Assembly (NCBI GenBank): GCA_964242785.1
Contig: CAXTBR010000017.1
Span: 1,615-65,614 of the forward strand
Direction: 5' to 3'
Source: an uncultured Lichenihabitans sp.
GTDB lineage: Bacteria; Pseudomonadota; Alphaproteobacteria; Rhizobiales; Beijerinckiaceae
Length of the DNA stretch: 64,000 nucleotides
A program made the position numbers and the translations under genes. The notes below the pieces were generated by a model that was given only the letters and a program-made list of their open reading frames with translations, was not told the origin of the DNA and did no database searches. This document shows, one piece after another, positions 18,436 to 27,451 of this stretch. Each line of letters starts with the position of its first letter. Within the stretch, counting starts at the first letter, position 1.

Positions 18436-19863
18436 TTACACGGGACTCGGGCGGAAATCCGTGCGGCTGCCGGGCAGGCGCAGCACGGCGCGCAGGCCGC
18501 CGAGCGGGCTCTCGTCCAGCGTGAAGCTGCCCCCGTAGGTGCCTGCGAGGTCGGTGACGATGGACAGACCGAGCCCCGAGCCGGGCTTCGATTCGTCGAG
18601 CCGCCGCCCTCGCCGCGTCACCAGGCCCCGCGCCTCGGCGTCGAGCCCGACCCCGTCGTCGTCGACGAGGATGAGGAGCGCCGAGGTGCCGAGCTCACCG
18701 GGATCGACCGTGGCGGCGACGGTGACGCGGACCCGGTGCGAGGCCCATTTGCCGGCGTTGTCGACGAGGTTGCCGACCAGGTCCTCGAGATCCTGCTTCT
18801 CGCCCCGGAACCGCAGCCCGTCGGGCAGGTGCGCCTCGAAGACGATGTCGCGGTCCCGATAGATCTTGCCGAAGGTCCGCACCAGCCCCTCGATCACGGG
18901 CTTCACCTCCGTCACCGTGCCGATGACGGTGGAGCGCGCCGCGGCACGGGCGCGGTCGAGGTAGTAGGTCACCTGGTCCCGCATGATGCCGACCTGGTCG
19001 CGGACCTTGGCGGCGAGCCCGTCCGGCTCGTCGGCCGCGGCCTGCGTCGAGGCCTCGTTGACGATGACGCTGAGCGGCGTCTTCAACGCGTGGGCGAGAT
19101 TGCCCACGTGGGTGCGGGCGCGGTCGACGATCTCGCGGTTGGCCGCGATGAGGAGGTTGAGCTCGTTGGCGAGGGGCGCGATCTCGTGCGGGTAATGCCC
19201 CTCGATCCGCTCCGCCTCGCCCTGCCGGATGGCCGAGACGCCGGTGCCGAGACGGCGCAGCGGCCGCAGGCCGAAGCGCACCTGCAGCACCGTCGACAGG
19301 ATCAGCGCGGCCGCCAGGAACGTGAGGGTGAGGCCCAGCGCCAGGTTGAAGGAGCGGATGTCGATCTCGACCTCGTCGGGAGAGGCCGCGACCTGGACGA
19401 GGTAATGGTGCTTGTCGTCGGTGTCGATCACCCGCTCGACGATGCGCAGCCGCCGGTCGTCGGGGCCGACGGCATAGCCCTTGCGCGCCCCCCCGATCCC
19501 TGCCGGGATCCCGGCGTCGGACAGTTTCGGCAGGCGCTCGGCGAAGAGCGAGCGCGACGCGCGGATGTCGTTCGGATCGCCGTCGAGCGGCGTGATCTGC
19601 CAGTACCAGCCCGACAGCGGCAGTTCGAACATCACCTCGCCGAGTTGGCCGAGGTTCGAGCGCACGTCCTCGCCGGGGTCGGCGAAATTGGCCGCCAGCG
19701 CCCGGACGTAGACGCTCAGCCGCTCGTCGAAGTCCGACACGGCCGAGCCGCGGTTGATCGCCGACAGCGTGATGCCGGCCGCCAGCAGGATCAGCACGCT
19801 CCAGAAGGCCGCGGACAGGAACAGACGCGTCGCGATCGAGCGCGTGCCGAGCCATCCCAGCAC
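18436..19863 (-). CDS. feuQ: Sensor histidine kinase FeuQ-like
   Basis: LPLSGWYWQI periplasmic motif, H-box GNLAHALKTPLSVI, NLVDNAGKWA, PGSGLGLSIV; position upstream of cycHJKL. Confidence 0.8.
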   Translation of the reverse strand: MLGWLGTRSIATRLFLSAAFWSVLILLAAGITLSAINRGSAVSDFDERLSVYVRALAANFADPGEDVRSNLGQLGEVMFELPLSGWYWQITPLDGDPNDIRASRSLFAERLPKLSDAGIPAGIGGARKGYAVGPDDRRLRIVERVIDTDDKHHYLVQVAASPDEVEIDIRSFNLALGLTLTFLAAALILSTVLQVRFGLRPLRRLGTGVSAIRQGEAERIEGHYPHEIAPLANELNLLIAANREIVDRARTHVGNLAHALKTPLSVIVNEASTQAAADEPDGLAAKVRDQVGIMRDQVTYYLDRARAAARSTVIGTVTEVKPVIEGLVRTFGKIYRDRDIVFEAHLPDGLRFRGEKQDLEDLVGNLVDNAGKWASHRVRVTVAATVDPGELGTSALLILVDDDGVGLDAEARGLVTRRGRRLDESKPGSGLGLSIVTDLAGTYGGSFTLDESPLGGLRAVLRLPGSRTDFRPSPV

Positions 19864-19865
19864 CG

Positions 19866-20561
19866 TCAGCCGCCCTTCTTGGGCGCGGCCTTCTTGTCCC
19901 CTTCGGGAGGCGCCACGAGGTAGCCGAGGCCGCGCATGGTCTGGATGACCTCGATGCCGAGCTTGCGGCGCAGGCGGCCGACGAAGACCTCGATCGTGTT
20001 GGAGTCGCGGTCGAAGTCCTGGTCGTAGAGGTGCTCGACGATCTCGCCGCGCGACACGACCCGCCCCGCGTGGTGCATGAGGTAGGACAGCAAGCGGTAC
20101 TCGTGCGACGTGAGCTTCACGGCGTTGCCGTCGACCGCGACGCGGCCCGCGCGGGTGTCGAGCGTGACGGGGCCGCAGGTGAGCTCCGCGCTGGCGTGGC
20201 CGGCGGCGCGGCGCAGCAGGGCCCGGACGCGGGCCAGCACCTCCTCCATGTGGAACGGCTTGGCCACGTAGTCGTCGGCGCCGGCGTCGAAGCCTCGCAC
20301 CTTGTCGCTCCAGCGGTCCCGCGCCGTCAGGATCAGCACCGGCATGCCGCGCCCGCCGGCCCGCCAGGCCTCCAGCACCGCGATGCCGTCGCGCTTGGGC
20401 AGGCCGATGTCGAGCACCACGGCATCGTAGGGCTCGGTGTCGCCGAGGAAGTGGCCCTCCTCCCCGTCGTAGGCGCGGTCGACCGCGTAGCCCGCGCCCT
20501 CCAGGCCCGCCGCGATCTGCCGGTTCAGGTCCCGGTCGTCCTCGACCACCAAAAGCCTCAT
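19866..20561 (-). CDS. feuP: Response regulator FeuP-like (OmpR/PhoP type)
   Basis: MRLLVVEDD, GDTEPYDAVVLDIGLP, GADDYVAKPFHMEEVLAR, DSNTIEVFVGRLRRK. Confidence 0.85.
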   Translation of the reverse strand: MRLLVVEDDRDLNRQIAAGLEGAGYAVDRAYDGEEGHFLGDTEPYDAVVLDIGLPKRDGIAVLEAWRAGGRGMPVLILTARDRWSDKVRGFDAGADDYVAKPFHMEEVLARVRALLRRAAGHASAELTCGPVTLDTRAGRVAVDGNAVKLTSHEYRLLSYLMHHAGRVVSRGEIVEHLYDQDFDRDSNTIEVFVGRLRRKLGIEVIQTMRGLGYLVAPPEGDKKAAPKKGG

Positions 20562-20604
20562 GCCTCGCTCCTCGGGGAACCTGTGAGATGGCCGCTCCGC
20601 CCGG

Positions 20605-20940
20605 TCATGGCGCGCCCTTGCCGCGGCCGCCGAGCGGAGCGCCGGTGGTGGCCGACACCAGCCGGTGGGTCACCGGCCCGTCGCTGTCGAGCAGCGTGAC
20701 GTCGTAGACCAGCCCGTTCTCGAACCAGCAGAGCTGGATGTCGATGGCCTCGGCGCCCGCGGCGCCGGCGGCCTGCCGCATGGCCCGGATGGGCGGCACG
20801 AGCCCCTTCTCGAAGAAGAGTTCGCGCGCCCGCTCCGGCCGGACGCAGGCCAGGGGTTGCGGCTCCTGGGGGGGAGCCTGGGCCAGCGCGGGCCCGCAGC
20901 TCAAGGCCAGCACGGCACCGATGAGGGCGGCGCGCATCAT
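20605..20940 (-). CDS. Periplasmic PepSY-like protein (FeuN-like)
   Basis: Signal peptide; LCWFENGLVYDVTLLDSDG...VSATTG PepSY-like pattern; immediately upstream of feuPQ. Confidence 0.65.
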   Translation of the reverse strand: MMRAALIGAVLALSCGPALAQAPPQEPQPLACVRPERARELFFEKGLVPPIRAMRQAAGAAGAEAIDIQLCWFENGLVYDVTLLDSDGPVTHRLVSATTGAPLGGRGKGAP

Positions 20941-20946
20941 GCCGCC

Positions 20947-20978
20947 ACACTAGGGGGGAGCACTGAATGCGTCGTGAA
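20947..20978 (-). promoter_or_regulatory. Candidate leaderless promoter of feuN-feuP-feuQ with TTCA-N7-TTCA direct repeat over the -35 region
   Basis: Minus strand TTCA-CGACGCA-TTCA (20978-20964), then -10-like TAGTGT (20952-20947), 6 nt, ATG; no SD. Confidence 0.5.
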
Positions 20979-21254
20979 CGCCGCCTCGCACCGCCGCCGG
21001 TGAGCCTCCGGCGCGTCGGCGGGTTTGACCGGGCCGGGCCTGCCCGCATAAGCAGCGGTCGTCGGGGCCGGCGAGGTGCTCGGGGCGATGGACAAGGCTG
21101 CACCCTTTCGGCTTCGCGCCGCGGCGGCCCGGCACCCGGACCGGACGGGCGCGCCGGCGCGCGCGACCGTGTCGCCATACGGCGTCCCGGGCGACCGCGC
21201 CACCGCGCCGGCCGCGGATGGGGCCGTGCCGCCCGTCACGGAGGGGGACCGACC

Positions 21255-22568
21255 ATGCTGGCCCGACGACTGAACGCCCTCCTGGCCCGGCGCGGCATCC
21301 ACTACGCCTGGGTCGTGGCCCTGCTGACCTTCCTCACCATGCTGACCACGGCGGGCGCCATGGGCCTGCCGGGCGCACTGATCCTGCCGCTCCACGCCGA
21401 ATACGGCTGGACCACCGCGACCATCTCGTCGGCGCTGGCGCTGCGCATCCTGCTGTTCGGCCTCATGGCGCCCTTCTCGGCTGCCTTCCTGCTGCGGTTC
21501 GGCCTGCGCGCCGTCATCGTGGCGGCGGTGGCGCTGATCTCGACGGGCCTCCTGCTGGCCACCGCCATGACGGCGTTCTGGCATCTCCTGGTGCTGTGGG
21601 GCGTGGTGGTGGGGCTCGGCACGGGCCTCACCGCCATGGTGCTGGGCGCCACGGTGGCGAACCGCTGGTTCGCGAAGAGCCGCGGCCTCGTGCTGGGCCT
21701 GCTGACGGCCAGTGCCGCCACGGGGCAGCTCGCCTTCCTGCCGCTCGCCACGCTGCTGGTCGAGCGCGTCGGCTGGCGCGCCGCGGTGTTCCCCACCGTC
21801 GCGGCCTGCGCGGCCGTGGCGGCCCTCGTGGCGCTGTTCATGGCCGACCGGCCGGAAGACCTCGGGCTCGGCGCCTACGGCGAGGCGCCGCCCGCGCCGG
21901 GTGCCGCGCCCGCCCTGCCCGCCGCCGGCGGACCCGGCCCGGTCCGGCGCGCCTTCGCGATCCTGCGCGAGGCCGCGGGGGCACCGGCCTTCTGGGCGCT
22001 CTTCGGCACGTTCTTCATCTGCGGTCTGTCGACCAACGGGCTGATTCAGTCGCATTTCATCAGCTTCTGCGCCGACTACGGCCTCGGGGAAACCGAGGCC
22101 GCCTCGGTGCTGGCCATGATGGGCGTCTTCGACTTCGTCGGCACCGTGGCGTCGGGCTACCTGTCGGACAGGTTCGACAACCGCTGGCTCCTGTTCTGGT
22201 ATTACGGGCTGCGCGGCCTGTCGCTGCTGTGGCTGCCGCACTCCTCCTTCTCGTTCTACGGCCTGTCGGTCTTCGCGATGTTCTACGGGCTCGACTGGAT
22301 CGCCACCGTGCCGCCGACCGTGCGCCTGTCGGCCAAGCTGTTCGGCCGGGAGAAGGGGCCGCTGGTGTTCGGCTGGGTCTTCACCGGCCACCAGATCGGC
22401 GCCGCCGTGGCGACCTACGGGGCGGGCGCGGCCCGCACGGGGCTGCAGAGCTACCTGCCGGCCTTCTACGGCGCGGGCGTCATGTGCCTCGCGGCGGCGC
22501 TGATCGCGCTCGCGGCCGGCGGCGGCCGGCGGGACAGCGTTGCCATCGCGCCGGTGCCGGCCGAATAG
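21255..22568 (+). CDS. MFS transporter (YbfB/oxalate-formate antiporter-like)
   Basis: IHYAWVVA, ANRWFAKSRGLVLG, SGYLSDRFDNRWLL, FGWVFTGHQIGAA; about 12 TM; SD GGAGGGG. Confidence 0.85.
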   Translation: MLARRLNALLARRGIHYAWVVALLTFLTMLTTAGAMGLPGALILPLHAEYGWTTATISSALALRILLFGLMAPFSAAFLLRFGLRAVIVAAVALISTGLLLATAMTAFWHLLVLWGVVVGLGTGLTAMVLGATVANRWFAKSRGLVLGLLTASAATGQLAFLPLATLLVERVGWRAAVFPTVAACAAVAALVALFMADRPEDLGLGAYGEAPPAPGAAPALPAAGGPGPVRRAFAILREAAGAPAFWALFGTFFICGLSTNGLIQSHFISFCADYGLGETEAASVLAMMGVFDFVGTVASGYLSDRFDNRWLLFWYYGLRGLSLLWLPHSSFSFYGLSVFAMFYGLDWIATVPPTVRLSAKLFGREKGPLVFGWVFTGHQIGAAVATYGAGAARTGLQSYLPAFYGAGVMCLAAALIALAAGGGRRDSVAIAPVPAE

Positions 22569-22629
22569 AGGCGCGTCCCCCGCCGGACTTCCGCCCGGAC
22601 GGGCTCACGCCGCAGGACGAGTGCCCGCC

Positions 22630-23502
22630 TTGACCAGGAAGACATCCCGCCCGCCGCCGCGCAGCGGCCGACCCGGTCCAGCGCCCGATGCGCCGCGGGG
22701 CGCGTCCCCGCCCCGCCCGGCCGAGGCCGCGGGGCGGCGGGGCCGGGACCGGCGCGACGCCGGCGGGGATCATCGCCCCCCGCCGACGCCGCCCGACGTG
22801 GCGCTGATCTGGGGCACCCACGCGGTGGCCGAGGCGCTGGGCGCCGGGCGCCGCAAGCTCCTGCGCCTGTCCGCCACCGAGGCTGCGGCCGAACGAGTGA
22901 GGGAGGCCGCGGCCGAGCGCGGCGTGCCGCTGGCGATCGTGCCGGGCGAGACCATCGCGGCCCGCCTGCCGCGCGACGCCGTGCACCAGGGCCTGCTGCT
23001 CGAAGCGCGGCGGCTGGAGCCGATCCGCCTCGACGACGTGCCGGAGGACGGCGTGGTCCTGCTGCTCGATCAGATCACCGATCCCCACAACGTCGGCGCC
23101 ATCCTGCGCACGGCGGCGGCCTTCGGCGTGTCGGCGCTGGTGATGACGGACCGCCACGCGCCCGACCTGTCGGGCACGCTGGCGAAGGCCGCCTCGGGCG
23201 GGCTCGAACACGTCCCGGTCGCGCTGGTGGTCAATCTGGCCCGCACGCTCGACAAGCTCGGCGAGCGCGGCTTCCTCCGCGTCGGCCTCGATTCGGAGGG
23301 CGAAGTGGCGCTGGAGACGATGGCCCTGCCCCGCCCCCTGGCGCTCGTGCTCGGCGCCGAGGGGACCGGCCTGCGCCGCCTGACGCGCGAGCGCTGCGAC
23401 GTCCTGGCGCGGCTCGACATGCCGGGGGCGATCAAGAGCCTCAACGTGTCGAACGCCTGCGCCGTGGCCCTGACGGTGGCCCGGCTCAAGGCCGGCGCCT
23501 GA
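22630..23502 (+). CDS. rlmB: 23S rRNA (Gm2251) methyltransferase, SpoU/TrmH family
   Basis: LIWGTHAVAEAL, VHQGLLL, LDQITDPHNVGAILRTAAAFG, LVLGAEGTGLR, SLNVSNA; TTG start approximate. Confidence 0.85.
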   Translation: MTRKTSRPPPRSGRPGPAPDAPRGASPPRPAEAAGRRGRDRRDAGGDHRPPPTPPDVALIWGTHAVAEALGAGRRKLLRLSATEAAAERVREAAAERGVPLAIVPGETIAARLPRDAVHQGLLLEARRLEPIRLDDVPEDGVVLLLDQITDPHNVGAILRTAAAFGVSALVMTDRHAPDLSGTLAKAASGGLEHVPVALVVNLARTLDKLGERGFLRVGLDSEGEVALETMALPRPLALVLGAEGTGLRRLTRERCDVLARLDMPGAIKSLNVSNACAVALTVARLKAGA

Positions 23503-23592
23503 GGGTCCCCGCGACGGTGAGGGCTTCGTTCCAAGGCTCGACCGAGAGGCGAAAGCCCATCTCGACCGAAGCAATCGTCGTCGCGGGAGCCC
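23503..23592. mobile_element. 90-bp MITE-like element (family A), copy 3, with TGA target duplication
   Basis: TGA(rlmB stop)-GGGTCCCC...CCGAGAGGCGAA...CGAAGCAATCGTC...GGGAGCCC-TGA. Confidence 0.85.
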
Positions 23593-23602
23593 TGACGCCC
23601 GT

Positions 23603-24526
23603 TCAGTAGGCCGTGCCGACGCCGTAGCGGTAGACGACCGGCGCCGCATGGGCGCGGGATGCGCAGCCGCAGCCGGAACGACCGTGGCGCACCGTGATGA
23701 TGCGCGGGCCGGAGCCGACGTCCTCGGAGGCCGCGTAGGCATAGCCGTTCGCGTCGTCGTCGGCGCCGTAGGGGCTCGGAGCGAGGGGCGGCTCGGCGAA
23801 GCGCGACGCCAGCGGGGTCTCGGACGCGTAGCTGAAGCCCTGCCCCGCTCCGGCATCGCCGGAACCGGTCTGCGTCCCATAGGTCCCGTAGGAGCCCTGC
23901 GTGCCGTAGGTGCCTTGTCCCCCGTAGGTCCCGCCGCCGCCGTAGCCGCCCGCCTCGCCGGAGCCATAGCCGCCGAAGCCGCCGCCGTAACCTCCGAATC
24001 CGCCGCCGTAGACGAGGCGTCCGGCACCGAAGCGGCGGCGCGCCTCGTCGAAGCGCAGCCCGCCGCGGAAGCCGCCGCGGCCGGCGAAGCCCCGGCCACC
24101 GGAAACGCCGGGGCGGAAGACCGTGCCGAGGTGTCCGTAGGCCGATCCGTAGGGCCGGCCGTAGCCACCGGCCGGCGGCGCCATGCCGACACGGCCAGCG
24201 ATCCTACCTAACGGGCGGCCGAAGGCGGCGCGAGGGGCGGCGGTGTTCGTATGGCCGTAGGCCGTGAAGTAGGGCCGCACCCCGGTCCGCTCGTGGATCA
24301 CCCCGGACACGGGCGGGAGGCCGCGCATCCCGGCGAAGCCGCGCGGGGTGCCGCGGAACCCGCCGCCGGCCGGCGAGCCGCCGCCCGCGTTGAAGGCGCC
24401 GCCGTGGAAGGCGCCGCCCGGGCGGAACACGGCCCCGTGACCAGCCCACCCTCCGGCCCACGCCGACGGCAGTCCGACGACGGCCGCGGCGACGGTGGCC
24501 GCGAGAAAGGAAGATCTGGCGTCCAT
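23603..24526 (-). CDS. Hypothetical secreted Gly/Tyr-rich low-complexity protein
   Basis: Signal-like MDARSSFLAATVAAAVVGLPSAWA; GGFGGYGGG and GTYGGQ-GTYGTQ-GSYGTYGTQ repeats; non-repetitive C-terminal SGPRIITVRH...CGC..VVYRYGVGTAY. Confidence 0.6.
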   Translation of the reverse strand: MDARSSFLAATVAAAVVGLPSAWAGGWAGHGAVFRPGGAFHGGAFNAGGGSPAGGGFRGTPRGFAGMRGLPPVSGVIHERTGVRPYFTAYGHTNTAAPRAAFGRPLGRIAGRVGMAPPAGGYGRPYGSAYGHLGTVFRPGVSGGRGFAGRGGFRGGLRFDEARRRFGAGRLVYGGGFGGYGGGFGGYGSGEAGGYGGGGTYGGQGTYGTQGSYGTYGTQTGSGDAGAGQGFSYASETPLASRFAEPPLAPSPYGADDDANGYAYAASEDVGSGPRIITVRHGRSGCGCASRAHAAPVVYRYGVGTAY

Positions 24527-24606
24527 GCCTCGCTCCGGAAACGGGACATCCCCGCCCTCGACCGCTTTAGACATAATTCACACTTCGCCCAGCCCGCGGA
24601 CGAAAT

Positions 24607-24614
24607 ATGGTTAA
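24607..24614 (-). promoter_or_regulatory. Candidate CtrA half-site TTAACCAT
   Basis: ATGGTTAA on + = TTAACCAT on -, about 80 bp upstream of the Gly-rich gene, in an AT-rich island. Confidence 0.4.
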
Positions 24615-24878
24615 CGCAACTCTCCCTTGCGGAGTGAATACGGGTTTCATAACCTGCGGACCGTCGGCCGCGCCGCGGTTCCACCCGTCGCGCGGCCCAG
24701 AACAGATCAGGGATGGAGACGCGGGGGCCGGCCCTTCCGCGACCGTCGGGACCGACACGCGCGAGGCCGCGAGGCCTCCGGATGAACCCGCGGAACGCGA
24801 GGGCGACGACGCCGGACGACGGCGCGGCCTTCCAACGTCCATCCTCGACCGACACGGACGGCAACGGGAGGGGACGGA

Positions 24879-25205
24879 ATGCTCGACAGGCAGAGCACCA
24901 CATCGAACGAGACCGACCGGATCATGCGCGATCCGAACTTCCAGGCGCTGGTCAAGGAACGGACCGGTTTCGCCTGGGCGATGTCCGCCATCATGCTGGC
25001 CGTCTATCTCGGCTTCGTCTTCATGGCGGCTTTCGGCAAGGAGGCGATGGGCGCGCCGGTCGGCGACACCGCCATCTCCTGGGGCATCCTGCTGGGCCTC
25101 TTCACCATCGTCTTCGCCTTCGTCCTGACCGGCATCTACGTGTCGCGCGCGAACGGCCGCTTCGACGAGCTGACGGCTCGCCTCGATCGGGACCCGACGC
25201 GATGA
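24879..25205 (+). CDS. DUF485/YjcH-family membrane protein
   Basis: [16 protein letters not shown]...[12 protein letters not shown]; standard partner directly upstream of actP. Confidence 0.9.
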   Translation: MLDRQSTTSNETDRIMRDPNFQALVKERTGFAWAMSAIMLAVYLGFVFMAAFGKEAMGAPVGDTAISWGILLGLFTIVFAFVLTGIYVSRANGRFDELTARLDRDPTR

Positions 25206-26893
25206 GGGCCACCGTCCGCCCCCTCCTGGCATCGCCCCTCCTCGCCCTCTCGGCGACGCCGGCCTTCGCGGCCGGACCCGACCTCGGCCCGATCGCGAAG
25301 ACTGCCGTCAACCCGACCGCGATCGTGATCTTCCTGCTCTTCGTCCTGCTCACGCTCGGCATCACCTACCGGGCCGCCCGGACCACGAAGTCGGCCTCGG
25401 ATTTCTACGCGGCGGGCGGGGGCATCTCGCCCGGCCGGAACGCCATGGCGATCGCCGGCGACTACATGTCGGCGGCCTCCTTCCTGGGCATCTCGGCGCT
25501 GGTCTTCACCTCGGGCTTCGACGGGCTGATCTACTCGGTGGGCTTCCTGGTGGGCTGGCCCATCGTGCTGTTCCTCATCGCCGAGCGGCTGCGCAACCTC
25601 GGCAAGTTCACCTTCGCGGACGTGGCGTCGTTCCGGCTCGACCAGACCGCCATCCGCATCCTGTCGGCGGTCGGCACCCTCACGGTCGTGGCGTTCTACC
25701 TGGTGGCCCAGATGGTGGGCGCCGGCGGCCTCATCAAACTGCTGTTCGGCCTCGACTACGGCTACGCCGTGATCATCGTCGGCGTGCTGATGATCGTCTA
25801 CGTGGCCTACGGCGGCATGAAGGCCACGACCTCGGTGCAGGTCATCAAGGCCGGCCTGCTCCTGTTCGGCGCTACCGTCATGGCGCTCGCGGTGCTGTGG
25901 CACTACGGCTTCAACCCCAGCGCCATGATGGCCGACGCCGTCAAGATCCACCCCAAGGGCGCCGCCATCCTGGGCCCGGGCGGCTTCGTGGCGGACCGCG
26001 TCTCGACCGTCTCGCTGGGCCTCGCCCTGATGTTCGGAACGGCCGGCCTGCCCCACATCCTGATGCGCTTCTTCACCGTCAGGGACGCCAGGGCGGCCCG
26101 CAAGTCCGTGTTCTACGCCACGGGGCTGATCGGCTACTTCTACGTCCTCACCTTCATCATCGGCTTCGGCGCCGTCACCTTCCTGATGAACGACCCGAGC
26201 TTCTACACGGTGGCGGCGGACGGCAGCTACAACAAGCTGACCGGGCTGATCGGCGGCGCCAACATGCCAGCGCTGGCGCTCTCCAAGGCCGTCGGCGGCT
26301 CGTTCTTCTACGGGTTCATCGCGGCCGTCGCCTTCGCCACCATCCTGGCGGTGGTGGCCGGGCTGACGCTGGCGGCCGCCAGCGCTGTCAGCCACGACCT
26401 CTACGCCTCGGTCATCGCCCGCGGGCGCTCGACCGAGCAGAAGGAGGTGATGATCTCCAAGCTCGCGGCCGTCGCCGTCGGCATCGTGGCCATCCTGCTC
26501 GGCTACGTCTTCGAGAAGCAGAACGTGGCCTTCATGGTGGGCCTCGCCTTCGCGGTGGCGGCGAGCTGCAACTTCCCCGTCCTGCTGATGTCCATCATGT
26601 GGCGGGGCACCACGACCAACGGCGCGCTGGCGGGCGGGCTGCTCGGTCTGATCAGTGCCGTCGTGATGGTGGTGCTGAGCAAGGCCGTGTGGGTCACGAC
26701 CTTCGGCAACCACGATGCACCGTTTCCCTACGACAACCCGGCCCTGTTCTCGATGCCGCTGGCCTTCGTCACGATCTACGTCGTGTCCAAGCTCGACAAC
26801 AGCCGCCGGGCCCAACGGGAGCGCGCGGCCTTCGACGCCCAGTTCGTCCGCTCCGAGACCGGCATCGGGTCGGTCGGGGCTCACGCCCACTGA
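25202..26893 (+). CDS. actP: Cation/acetate symporter (SSS family)
   Basis: [72 protein letters not shown]. Confidence 0.93.
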   Translation: MRATVRPLLASPLLALSATPAFAAGPDLGPIAKTAVNPTAIVIFLLFVLLTLGITYRAARTTKSASDFYAAGGGISPGRNAMAIAGDYMSAASFLGISALVFTSGFDGLIYSVGFLVGWPIVLFLIAERLRNLGKFTFADVASFRLDQTAIRILSAVGTLTVVAFYLVAQMVGAGGLIKLLFGLDYGYAVIIVGVLMIVYVAYGGMKATTSVQVIKAGLLLFGATVMALAVLWHYGFNPSAMMADAVKIHPKGAAILGPGGFVADRVSTVSLGLALMFGTAGLPHILMRFFTVRDARAARKSVFYATGLIGYFYVLTFIIGFGAVTFLMNDPSFYTVAADGSYNKLTGLIGGANMPALALSKAVGGSFFYGFIAAVAFATILAVVAGLTLAAASAVSHDLYASVIARGRSTEQKEVMISKLAAVAVGIVAILLGYVFEKQNVAFMVGLAFAVAASCNFPVLLMSIMWRGTTTNGALAGGLLGLISAVVMVVLSKAVWVTTFGNHDAPFPYDNPALFSMPLAFVTIYVVSKLDNSRRAQRERAAFDAQFVRSETGIGSVGAHAH

Positions 26894-26922
26894 GGCCGTC
26901 CGGACCGACGGATCGACGACGG

Positions 26923-26953
26923 ACGGCGCCGCATCCCGGCGCCGTTTCGCTTT
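26923..26953 (+). terminator. Rho-independent terminator of yjcH-actP
   Basis: ACGGCGCCG-CATCC-CGGCGCCGT followed by TTCGCTTT, 30 bp after the stop. Confidence 0.65.
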
Positions 26954-27121
26954 GGAACGGGGGGCTCAACCAAAACACAAAAGCCGCGTGTGGTTCATTT
27001 TATTCCTCGTGTTTGTCGTGGACAATCCTATATCCCGATCAGCCCGAGAGGGGGCGACGTTGCCGGCCGTGCCTCCGGCGTGCGACACAGCCCGCACCGA
27101 ACTGCCGCGCGAGCCCCGTCC

Positions 27122-27451
27122 ATGGCCCAGATCGTCACCGCCAGCCGCCTCACCGATGGCACGGTGGTGTTCCTCGACGCCGGCGGGGGGTGGACGGAGC
27201 GGCTCGACGGCGCCACGGTGTTCGCCGACAAGACCGCCGCGGCGGCCGGGCTCGACGTCGGCAAGGCCGCGGAAGCCGCGAGCCTCGTGTTGGACGTCTA
27301 CGCCGTCGACGTGACGGTCGGGGCCGGCGACATCGTGCCGGTCAAGCTCCGCGAGGCGATCCGCGCCCGCGGCCCCACCATCATCCCCGCGTTCACCAAG
27401 CCGGGCTCGACCCGGTCTCCGGTGCAGGAGGACGACCATGTATCGGTATGA
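27122..27451 (+). CDS. DUF2849-family protein
   Basis: IVTASRLTDGTVVFL...W, VLDVYAV, KLREAIRARGPT; conserved upstream partner of alphaproteobacterial cysI. Confidence 0.85.
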   Translation: MAQIVTASRLTDGTVVFLDAGGGWTERLDGATVFADKTAAAAGLDVGKAAEAASLVLDVYAVDVTVGAGDIVPVKLREAIRARGPTIIPAFTKPGSTRSPVQEDDHVSV

